Position numbers and translations under genes: made by a program
Part shown: positions 56,018 through 64,000 of the stretch, one piece after another
Numbering within the stretch: position 1 is the first letter of the stretch
Layout of the letters: each line of letters opens with the position of its first letter
NCBI GenBank assembly: GCA_965203415.1
Contig: CBDBCS010000006.1
Location: 1,502,531 to 1,566,530, forward strand
DNA length: 64,000 nucleotides
Reading direction: 5' to 3'
DNA from: Alphaproteobacteria bacterium
Lineage (GTDB): Bacteria > Pseudomonadota > Alphaproteobacteria > CBDBCS01
Notes under the pieces: generated by a model
What the model was told of the DNA's origin: nothing
The model's database searches: none
The model's input: the letters and a program-made list of their open reading frames with translations, nothing else

Positions 56018-58561
56018 TCAGTGGTCGCGCCGTCGGGGTTTTCCACGGTCGCCACCCCGGTCCCGGTCGCCGCCGCCGCCGCCGCCGCCGTGACGCCTGG
56101 CGCCCCCCCCGTGGCGATCGCCGCCGCCGCCTAAGCCGGGAGGCAAATTGACCTCGTTTTCGTCGTTTCGACCCTGTGGCGGGCGACTCCTGCCGTATGG
56201 TCTAGGCCCGCCGCCCCCGCCGCCGGAAGGCGAGGGTGTGCGAAACGAACCGCCGCCGCCATCGCGGTCCCGGCCGCCGTCTCGGTATCCGCCGCCGCCG
56301 CCAGAGCGAGAATACCCGCCGCCCCCTCGGCTGCCGCCATCGCGGTCTCGGCCACCGTCTCGGAATCCGCCGCCCCCGTGACGATCGCCGCCGCGTCCCG
56401 CTCCGCCCCTGTCGCGCCCAGAGGGGCGTGGAACAGCATCCGGACGCAAGGTGCCACTCGTCTGGTCTACCATGCGTATAGAGAGGTCGATTTTACCTCT
56501 CGGGTCGACGTCCTGGCAGAGCACCCAGACTTTATCGCCGACATTGACGATATCCTCGACTTTTCCGACGCGATAATCCGCGAGCTCAGAGATATGCGCA
56601 AGGCCGGTCTGGTGCCCGTTCAGAAAATCCACGAAAGCCCCGAAATCTGCGATACGTGCGACGGTGCCCTCGTAGATTTGGCCTGGGGTGGGCTCGGCGA
56701 CGATCTGTTCAATCCACGCTTTGGTTCTTTCCCCGGCCTCCTGAGACTGGGCAAAAACGCGGATTTCGCCGCTATCCTCGATGTCGATTTTACACCCTGT
56801 GGCCTCGGTGATTTCGCGGATGACTTTACCGCCGGTTCCGATGACGTCGCGGATTTTCTCTTTATCGATTTGGATCATCATCGCAATGGGGGCATAAGGC
56901 GACAATTCCGTGCGTGGTTCGGGCAGAGCCTCGGCCATGCGGTCCAGAATGAACAGACGCCCTTTTCGAGCCTGCTCGAGGGCCTCGGCCATCATCTCGA
57001 ACGTCACAGAGGTGATCTTGATGTCCATTTGCAGGGCCGTAATGCCTTCGTGCGTTCCAGCGACCTTGAAATCCATATCGCCCAAGTGGTCCTCATCGCC
57101 CAGAATATCGGACAAAATGGCGTATTCGTCCGCCTCTTTGACGAGGCCCATGGCAATCCCTGCCACGTGGCGAGGCAGCGGCACGCCCGCATCCATCAAA
57201 GCTAAAGAGCCGCCGCAGACCGTGGCCATGGAGGACGAACCATTCGACTCGGTGATCTCCGAGACCAGGCGGAGCGTATAAGGGAAGGCCATTTTGGACG
57301 GCAGCAGGGCTCGCAGGGCGCGCCAGGCGAGCTTGCCGTGGCCAATTTCGCGCCGGCCTGGCGGGCGCATCGGCCGCGCCTCGCCGACGGAATAGGGCGG
57401 AAAATTATAGTGAAGCAGAAAGGACTCTTTGTACTCTTTCTCCAGCGTATCGATGATTTGCTCGTCCGTGCTACTGCCGAGCGTTGCGACCACCAGAGCT
57501 TGGGTCTCGCCGCGGGTAAACAGAGCCGACCCGTGCGTCCGTGGCAGGAATCCCATATCGATGTGGATGGGTCGGATGGTATCCAGGGCTCGACCGTCGA
57601 TGCGCCGCCGCTCGGCTAAGAGGGCGCCGCGCATCACTTCTTTCTCCAATTTTTTGGTTAAATGAGGAACGGCGGCGTGCATTTCGGGCGTGGTCGATTC
57701 GGGCAGGGCTTCGAGGATGGACGCTCGGTGGTTTTCGAGAACCGAGCCTCGTTCGACTTTATCGGTCAGGCGATAGGCCTCGGTAAAGGCCTGTTCGTGC
57801 TGGCTCTTGATAGAGCGATACAGGTCGTGGACCTCGGGCGGGGTTTCAGGCAAGACCCATCTGGGTTTGCCGGCCTGTTCCACGAGGGCCTCGATGGTAT
57901 CCAGGACGGGCCCGCACGCCTGATGGCCAAATTGCAGAGCCTCCAGCATTTGGGTTTCCGAGAGTTCGTGGGCCTCCGATTCGACCATGAGAATCCCCTC
58001 GCGCGTGCAGGCCATGACAAGATTGAGTCGACTCTCGGCGAGCTGGCTGGTGGTTGGATTCAGCACAAAGGCATCGTTCACGAGTCCGACTCGTGCCCCA
58101 GCGATGGGGCCTCCGAACGGCACGCCCGCCAGGCCCAAAGCCGCCGAGGCCCCCGTCATGGCAATCACGTCGGAATCGTTTTCGCCGTCAAAAGACAGCA
58201 CGGTGCAGACGACGTGGATCTCGTTTCGGAAGGTGCTGGGAAAAAGCGGGCGAATCGGCCGGTCGATGAGGCGCGACACGAGGGTCTCTTTCTCGGAGGG
58301 GCGGCCCTCACGCTTGAAAAACCCGCCGGGAATTTTGCCCGCCGCGAAGGTTTTTTCCTGGTAATTGACGGTCAGCGGGAGAAAATCCAAGTCCGGCTTC
58401 GCCTGGCGAGCGGCCACCGCCGTGCAGAGCACACGGGTATCGCCGTAGCTCACATAGACGGCTCCGTCGGCCTGGCGGGCGATTCGGCCCGTTTCTAGCG
58501 TCAGGGTCTGAGGCCCCCACGCGACATGCTGCTGCTTCTGAGTTTCTGATATATCTGACAT
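56018..58561 (-). CDS. pnp: polyribonucleotide nucleotidyltransferase (PNPase) with a 144-aa RGG/GGD-rich C-terminal tail
   Basis: There are two RNase PH domains, a KH domain (IGTGGKVIREI) and an S1 domain (YEGTVARIADFGAFVDF). The frame then stays open through a Gly/Arg/Asp repeat to 56018. I chose the ATG at 58561 (MSDISETQKQ). Confidence 0.95.
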   Translation of the reverse strand: MSDISETQKQQHVAWGPQTLTLETGRIARQADGAVYVSYGDTRVLCTAVAARQAKPDLDFLPLTVNYQEKTFAAGKIPGGFFKREGRPSEKETLVSRLIDRPIRPLFPSTFRNEIHVVCTVLSFDGENDSDVIAMTGASAALGLAGVPFGGPIAGARVGLVNDAFVLNPTTSQLAESRLNLVMACTREGILMVESEAHELSETQMLEALQFGHQACGPVLDTIEALVEQAGKPRWVLPETPPEVHDLYRSIKSQHEQAFTEAYRLTDKVERGSVLENHRASILEALPESTTPEMHAAVPHLTKKLEKEVMRGALLAERRRIDGRALDTIRPIHIDMGFLPRTHGSALFTRGETQALVVATLGSSTDEQIIDTLEKEYKESFLLHYNFPPYSVGEARPMRPPGRREIGHGKLAWRALRALLPSKMAFPYTLRLVSEITESNGSSSMATVCGGSLALMDAGVPLPRHVAGIAMGLVKEADEYAILSDILGDEDHLGDMDFKVAGTHEGITALQMDIKITSVTFEMMAEALEQARKGRLFILDRMAEALPEPRTELSPYAPIAMMIQIDKEKIRDVIGTGGKVIREITEATGCKIDIEDSGEIRVFAQSQEAGERTKAWIEQIVAEPTPGQIYEGTVARIADFGAFVDFLNGHQTGLAHISELADYRVGKVEDIVNVGDKVWVLCQDVDPRGKIDLSIRMVDQTSGTLRPDAVPRPSGRDRGGAGRGGDRHGGGGFRDGGRDRDGGSRGGGGYSRSGGGGGYRDGGRDRDGGGGSFRTPSPSGGGGGGPRPYGRSRPPQGRNDENEVNLPPGLGGGGDRHGGGARRHGGGGGGGDRDRGGDRGKPRRRDH

Positions 58562-59080
58562 ATGTGTTCTGCTTTCTAAGAATTTTTCGTTCTTTTTCAA
58601 AAATTTCGAACCGAAATAGACCTCAAACAAAAGAGGGTATTTCGTTCGCCACACTCGACTGGGATTCGGCCAGTCTCCGGCCGGCACGGTGTCCGGCTCA
58701 TCTGTGAATAGGCTTCACAAAACGATTCATTGAACAAAAAAGAGAGAAGAGGGTCTCATAAGGGCTGCGGCTGCCTCCCTTTGATCTGTGTCCTCCAGGG
58801 GGAGGAGGTGCCTTCATAGCATCCGCCTCCTTGCTCTGGGGACGGACGAGGCCAAACCAGACGAACCGACGGTTCCGGCTTCGACGGCAATGAAAAGAGG
58901 GATCGAATTTTTCTCCGTGGCCCCACAGGCGTCGCAACAGAGCCCGGGCAATTTCACAAATTCCTTTTATGTTCTTCTATGTTCTTCTCACCTTTTTCCT
59001 ATGGCTTTGACGGGCCTCGGCGAGCCCATGTGTCGGCTCAATCTGCCTTTGTCTCTCGTGCCGATTCTAATCTAATGACT

Positions 59081-59350
59081 CTAACGACGCAGGCCGAGCC
59101 GCTTAATCAGGTCAAGATATCGGTCGCGGTGATGGGTCATCAAATAGTTCAGAAGCCGCCGCCGCCGCCCGACCATTTTCAAAAGCCCGCGCCGCGAATG
59201 GTGGTCCTTGGCGTGCGTTCCAAAATGAGAAGTCAAAAGCTTAATACGCTCGGTGAGCAGAGCAACTTGGACGTCGGCAGAACCTGTATCCAAACTCCCC
59301 CGGCCGTAGCCCGAGATGATTTCCTTTTTTCGACTCGATTCAAGAGACAT
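59081..59350 (-). CDS. rpsO: 30S ribosomal protein S15
   Basis: The 89 aa product is [43 protein letters not shown]...[20 protein letters not shown]. This uses the internal ATG of the longer track ORF. Confidence 0.95.
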   Translation of the reverse strand: MSLESSRKKEIISGYGRGSLDTGSADVQVALLTERIKLLTSHFGTHAKDHHSRRGLLKMVGRRRRLLNYLMTHHRDRYLDLIKRLGLRR

Positions 59351-59632
59351 CCCGACCGTTCCTTGCAAACTTTCTCTCGCACACTGTCCAATCACCCGGA
59401 TAGACACACGCGGGCGTCTCCCCGCGGGCTTTTTCCTGGCATACACCAGCTTACACTGGGAAGCACGCCTCGCTCCAGTCTTATCAACAGAAAAGAGCCT
59501 AACACGGATTCGTGTCACTTGTCGAGAACAAAAATGGAAAAGAAATATTTTATTTTTATGGTTTCGTGGATATTTCGTGGAGAGCTTGCTCGGGTGCTGC
59601 ACCTGACTAGGTGTTTCACCTGACCAGGTGTC

Positions 59633-60397
59633 TCACGCGCCCCTGTCAGAGTCCCCGCTGCTGGGGGGAAGCTGCTGGAGAAGCGATAGTGTTTGGCCCT
59701 CTCGAATGGCCTGTTCCAGCTGAGCCAGCTCTAAAGCGTCCTGGATTTCGAAAAAACCCAGCCGGTAGCGGCATAATTCTTTCAAATGCCCATAGGTGCC
59801 AAGCGCGAGCCCCAGGTCTCGGGCCAGAGACCGCATATAGGTGCCTTTGCCGCACTCGACCCTCAGCGCAACCTCGTGGCCCTCGTATCGGAGAAGCTCT
59901 ATCGAGAAAATCTCCACCATCACAGGTTGGAACTCGAATTCCACATTCTGGCGCGCCAGCCGATAGCCGCGGACGCCGTCTCTTTTTTTGGCGGAAAAAC
60001 GCGGCGGAATTTGAGCGATTCGACCTTGAAACGGCTCTAGAGCCGCTTCGACGCGCTTTCGTGTCGGCAAAACGCCGTGCCAAGCGCGCACGGGCTGCCC
60101 CGTTACGTCCAGACTATCGGTCTCGAGACCCAGTTGGATCGTTAAGGCATAGCCTTTTCTCGACTCGACGAGGCGCGACACCGTCTTGGTGGCGCGCTGA
60201 AGGGCAAGCGGTAAACACCCGCGGGCAAAAGGATCCAGCGTGCCAGCGTGTCCCAGCTTGATTTTTTTCCGTGTCACCCCATACGTCTCGGCAAGAGCCC
60301 GCCGGATACGCTGCGTCGCTTGAGAAGAACTCACGCCAGGCGGCTTGCTCATGTTAAACCAGCCAGAGGGGACCGGTGCCCTCGAGGAGACCGTCAT
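59633..60397 (-). CDS. truB: tRNA pseudouridine(55) synthase
   Basis: It has KPPGVSS followed by the catalytic GHAGTLDPFARG. At 254 aa it is short and appears to lack a long PUA extension. Confidence 0.85.
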   Translation of the reverse strand: MTVSSRAPVPSGWFNMSKPPGVSSSQATQRIRRALAETYGVTRKKIKLGHAGTLDPFARGCLPLALQRATKTVSRLVESRKGYALTIQLGLETDSLDVTGQPVRAWHGVLPTRKRVEAALEPFQGRIAQIPPRFSAKKRDGVRGYRLARQNVEFEFQPVMVEIFSIELLRYEGHEVALRVECGKGTYMRSLARDLGLALGTYGHLKELCRYRLGFFEIQDALELAQLEQAIREGQTLSLLQQLPPSSGDSDRGA

Positions 60398-60404
60398 GAA
60401 ACCG

Positions 60405-61199
60405 TTACGCTTTCGAAAGAGGGGCTTGGGCCTGGCTTTGGCTTGGGGCTCTTATCTCATACCCTGCCTCTCGGAGGCGGGCGTGGATGGCCCGGGCACA
60501 GGCCAGCCCCCCAGGATTATCGCCGTGCAAAGCCAGCGATTCAACCGGCACGGGCTTCGCTCGCCCGCCCTGCGTCACGAGGGTGCCGCTTGCAAGCAGA
60601 GCCACGGTGCGCTCTGCCACGACCTCCGGGTCTGTGAGAACCGCCCCGGGTTCGCTCCGCGGCGTCAGCGTCCCGTCTTCACGATAGGTTCGGTCGGTGA
60701 AGACCTCTCGGACCATCCGGCACGCTTGGTCCCGAGCCGCTGTCTCCAGGGCCGTATGAGGCGACACATAAATGTTTAAGCCGGCGTCAAACGCCCGAAA
60801 GGCCGCCATTAAACACGTCGCCAGCTCTAGGTCCTCGGAGGCCTGATTATAGAGAGCCCCATGAAGCTTGACATGCCGAAGTGTGCCTCCCTGCGCCCGC
60901 GCCATGCCCCCAAGAGCCCCAAGTTGATAATGAACCATAGACGTTAGGTCCTCTTGAGACCATCCGGTCATGCGCCGGCGACCGAAGCCCTCTTTGTCGG
61001 GATAGCCCGGATGCGCCCCAAGCGCCAGACCATGCCGCAGACACAGCTCGATAGACCGCCGCATGGTGGACGGGTCGCTGGCATGAAACCCGCACGCTAA
61101 ATTCGCACTGGAAACGAGAGGCGCCAAATTGGTGTCGTCTCCCATGCGCCACGGCCCGAAGGACTCGCCCATATCGGCGTTGAGATCAATGAATTTCAA
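60405..61199 (-). CDS. pxpA: 5-oxoprolinase subunit PxpA (LamB/YcsF family)
   Basis: MKFIDLNADMGESFGPWRMGDD...ACGFHASDP...VKLHGALYN are present. Confidence 0.9.
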   Translation of the reverse strand: MKFIDLNADMGESFGPWRMGDDTNLAPLVSSANLACGFHASDPSTMRRSIELCLRHGLALGAHPGYPDKEGFGRRRMTGWSQEDLTSMVHYQLGALGGMARAQGGTLRHVKLHGALYNQASEDLELATCLMAAFRAFDAGLNIYVSPHTALETAARDQACRMVREVFTDRTYREDGTLTPRSEPGAVLTDPEVVAERTVALLASGTLVTQGGRAKPVPVESLALHGDNPGGLACARAIHARLREAGYEIRAPSQSQAQAPLSKA

Positions 61200-61319
61200 A
61201 AAGGTGCTCTCTTTCTGTTTTCTGTTGGCACGAATCCCTCTCGCCTGCCGCCGTCTCCGCCGTCGCCGCCGTCGCCGCCGTCGCCCGAATCCGATGGATT
61301 CGAATCGACTGGAGAGGTC

Positions 61320-62540
61320 TCACGCTTTTTTTACTCGAAAGCCCATGGCTTGCAAGTCAAAAGAGAACCGACGCGCCAGATTTTCTGCCCGCTCAAAAGA
61401 AACGAGTCGAAAGCTTATCGCGTCGCCCTCCACCGCCTGAGCCGCCCGAGGCAAATCCGCCGCAATCACCGTCGCCAGACGTATATAGCCGCCCGTCGGC
61501 GGATGGTCGGCTAGCAAAAGAACGAGCGTGCCGTCTCCCAGACGCTGGAGGTCCCCCGCCAGAACCGCCGAAGACGGCCTCGACAAAAGCGTCCGGGATG
61601 AAGCAGGGCAGGTTTCAGTTGCCTCGGTGGCACGTTGATTCTGTGGAGCCTCCGCCGCCGAGTCCCGCCGGAGACGCAAGCCAACCCGACTGCCGGCTCT
61701 TGCGACGACAAAGGGGTGCCTCAAGAGCTCCATGCGTTCGTCACGCGACAAAAAACGCGCCTGAGGATGCCAGACAATCCGAAGAGGCCCCGGCCTCCGA
61801 TAGGATGACGCCCGATAGGGCGACCCCCGATAGGGCGACCCCCGATAGGGTGACGCCCGATAGGGTCGGTTCCAGGGTTCAAGCCACCGCCGCCCGGGTG
61901 TTCCGGGGGTTTCGCTGCCGTATCGTTTTGGCGTAGACACCAGCCTATCGCCGCTTTTCAAATAGTGGCCCCACCCGAATTCAGGCCGAACAGAGCGACT
62001 CGCAAGCCAGTGCGGCCCCTCGAACCCCGCTTCGAGAGCCACATAACTATAGGCTCCCGCGGCGGGTGCGCCCTCCAGAATCAGCCGAGCCCCCGGCGGG
62101 AGCCGGAAACGCTGATAAAACGGCAGCGGGGGCCCGGAAGGCGGGGGCCCGGAAGGCGGAGATTCGGCCTCGAGAACAAGTCTGGCCGGTCGCTCTGCCC
62201 CCACCAGGCAGGCATAGGTCGCCTCGGGGCTCTCCCAGCGCATATGGCATTTTTTGCCGTGGAACTCCAGAAGCGCCGGGTAGGCAGGACGGGCAGGAGG
62301 AAGAGGCGCGCCGAAAGAATCGGGCACCCCGGAGGAGATTGTACCGGGGGCCGTCTCGGGCCCCGTCCCGGAAAGCGCTACAGGTTCGAACGGGCAGGGG
62401 AGCGGCCAGCCTAGCAGACTCCCGGCTTCGTACCACGCCAATCGGTCCGCGGCGCCCCCGGGCCCGACGCCGCTGTGTGCCCAGCCTGGTCGCCCTAAAT
62501 CCTGGAGCGTGGCCACGCCTTCGACCTCGCAGAGCCTCAA
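61320..62540 (-). CDS. pxpC: PxpC-like (KipA / allophanate hydrolase subunit 2 family) protein with repeat insertions
   Basis: The N-terminus reads VATLQDLGRPGWAHSGVGPGGAAD and the C-terminus reads PPTGGYIRLATVIAADLPRAAQ...ISFRLVS. The protein is divergent and carries two tandem-repeat inserts. Confidence 0.65.
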   Translation of the reverse strand: MRLCEVEGVATLQDLGRPGWAHSGVGPGGAADRLAWYEAGSLLGWPLPCPFEPVALSGTGPETAPGTISSGVPDSFGAPLPPARPAYPALLEFHGKKCHMRWESPEATYACLVGAERPARLVLEAESPPSGPPPSGPPLPFYQRFRLPPGARLILEGAPAAGAYSYVALEAGFEGPHWLASRSVRPEFGWGHYLKSGDRLVSTPKRYGSETPGTPGRRWLEPWNRPYRASPYRGSPYRGSPYRASSYRRPGPLRIVWHPQARFLSRDERMELLRHPFVVARAGSRVGLRLRRDSAAEAPQNQRATEATETCPASSRTLLSRPSSAVLAGDLQRLGDGTLVLLLADHPPTGGYIRLATVIAADLPRAAQAVEGDAISFRLVSFERAENLARRFSFDLQAMGFRVKKA

Positions 62541-62548
62541 AGCCCGGG

Positions 62549-64000
62549 TTATTCTTCCACCCCTGTGATGGCTAAGAGTTCGCCTCGGGCGGCGAACAAG
62601 AGATACGACGCCCGGTCTCGGTCCAGCTGGGCTTGCAGCACGCGGACGCGTCCCAGATAGACCTCGTAATAGAGATTCATCAACTCCACGAGGCTGCGTT
62701 GCCCTGCTTGGTTCTCGCGCCGGGCCGCCGCGAGCTCGTTGAGATTGGCCATCAGAAAACGCTCTAGAGCCTGGAAGCGTACCACGAAGCCCTGATAGGT
62801 CTCCCAGGCATTGCCGAGGCGTTCCAGCGTGAGCCGCTCTATCTGCAGCGTCTGCTGTTCGGCCGCCCGCAACCGAGCCCGCGCCGCCCGCTTATTGGCC
62901 CCCACGGTGCCTCCGGGTCGCAAATTCCACGTCAGATTCAAGCCGATGCTGTCTTCGGTGACCGTTTGATCGTTCATCGGAAAATCCGGGTCGGTCTCGT
63001 CATTGAATTCGCGCGTCGCATCGAGAAAAAGCGTGGGCGCATAAGCCGCACGCGCGACATCGACCTCATAGCTTCCTTGGCGTTCTCGAGCACGGGCCGC
63101 TCGAATGTCTGGATGGTTCCGAAGCACCGCGACACGGACTTCATCGAAGGTTTGCGTCGGGTTTTGAGCCTCAGAAAGGGGCTCTGGCACTTCGAGACGC
63201 CCCGGCAGCGGCCCCGCAAGCGTTTCAAGACGGGCCCGAGCCGTCACTAAAGCGAGACGATTATTGGCGACCTCCTCCTCGGCGAGAGCCACTCGATTAT
63301 CGGCTCGATTCTTTCGGGTGCGAATGCCCGGGTCCGATGCGATTTTGCGAACCAAAGCCTGACGGAGCTCATAAAGCTGATTGAGCTGATTCAAAGATAA
63401 ACGCACGAGGCCCTGGTAACGTATCACATCGTAATAGGCGATGACGATATTGCGCGCCAGTTGGTTTTTCCTGGACTCGAACTGCCAGCGAGCCGCCTGG
63501 AAGCCTTGATACGCCGCCCGATGCTGAGCGAGAACGCCGCCGCCCGACCAGAGGTCCTGACGCAACGTCAGCGTGGCATCCGTCTCACGCAGCGTCTCTT
63601 CGGTTTCGACGTCTGGATTGCCGGTATCGTCCCCATTGTTCCCACCGGTTCCGCCCGTCGTTTCGGTGGTGCGGTCTACACCGGCGTAGCGAGCCGTCAC
63701 CGATAAGGTCGGAAAATAGGCGCGCCGAGCCCGCTCCAGATTCGCTTGAGCTTCGGCAAGCTGTGCTCTGGCGAAAGCGAGCTCGGCGTTGTGCGTCAGA
63801 CCTTGACGCAGGAGGCTCGGCAGCGTGGACGGCGTCGAGACAAGGCTCGGGGCGGTATCGTCCGCATCGTCTCCCGTATTATTGCCTGCATTATTGCCTT
63901 GGGCATAGGCGGGGCTCCCGAGAAGAAAATCCTCCCGGCCGCCGCCGACCAGGAGACCCGCCAGAACCCCCGCGAGGGCCAAAAGGACCAGAGCCCCCCC
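62549..64000 (-). CDS. TolC family outer membrane efflux protein (5' end at or beyond window edge)
   Basis: It shows the duplicated TolC coiled-coil/beta pattern (LRQGLTHNAELAFARAQLAEAQANLERARRAYFPTLSVTARY, repeated later as NHPDIRAARARE...AYAPTLFLD). The frame is still open at base 64000. Confidence 0.75.
   Translation of the reverse strand, partial: GGALVLLALAGVLAGLLVGGGREDFLLGSPAYAQGNNAGNNTGDDADDTAPSLVSTPSTLPSLLRQGLTHNAELAFARAQLAEAQANLERARRAYFPTLSVTARYAGVDRTTETTGGTGGNNGDDTGNPDVETEETLRETDATLTLRQDLWSGGGVLAQHRAAYQGFQAARWQFESRKNQLARNIVIAYYDVIRYQGLVRLSLNQLNQLYELRQALVRKIASDPGIRTRKNRADNRVALAEEEVANNRLALVTARARLETLAGPLPGRLEVPEPLSEAQNPTQTFDEVRVAVLRNHPDIRAARARERQGSYEVDVARAAYAPTLFLDATREFNDETDPDFPMNDQTVTEDSIGLNLTWNLRPGGTVGANKRAARARLRAAEQQTLQIERLTLERLGNAWETYQGFVVRFQALERFLMANLNELAAARRENQAGQRSLVELMNLYYEVYLGRVRVLQAQLDRDRASYLLFAARGELLAITGVEE

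Overview
This is a visibly GC-rich chromosomal segment with alphaproteobacterial-type gene content and synteny: hfq-hflX, ybjN-proC, DUF1285/DUF1289, ctaC-ctaD-ctaB-ctaG-ctaE-surf1 and truB-rpsO-pnp. I call about 50 protein genes, one tRNA-His and one disrupted uvrD-like helicase. Almost all are housekeeping genes. They include ahcY, thiBPQ, topA, queG, glk, cca, dprA, trkH, a partial cobalamin block (cobL-cobI-cbiG/cobJ), hbd, a thiolase, fliI, argB, nnr, pxpA/pxpC and a tolC-like gene. No transposase, integrase, phage block or CRISPR-cas locus is visible.

The unusual content is mostly non-genic or architectural:
1. A cluster of DnaA-box-like 9-mers plus tandem AT-rich 12-mers lies between thiQ and ybjN. 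It resembles an origin or a DnaA-titration site.
2. A beta-class DNA methyltransferase is fused to a C-terminal T5orf172/GIY-YIG-like domain and overlaps the nnr stop in an ATGA.
3. Two adjacent minisatellites with a 14/15 bp period (about 0.7 and 0.36 kb) fill the fliI-argB divergent spacer.
4. A mosaic modular repeat of about 1.25 kb, built around ten copies of GTATGGGTTGG, lies upstream of thiB.
5. Short in-frame tandem repeats (9, 12 or 15 bp) are inserted in many essential genes.
6. PNPase carries a 144-aa RGG/GGD-rich tail.
7. Two single-base deletions in C/G runs break the uvrD-like gene.
8. Direct repeats with an 11 bp period and a (T)CATCC core recur in several intergenic regions.

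All family assignments come from motifs recognised by eye. No database search was run. Start codons are often uncertain because the ORF track begins at the first ATG/GTG/TTG.
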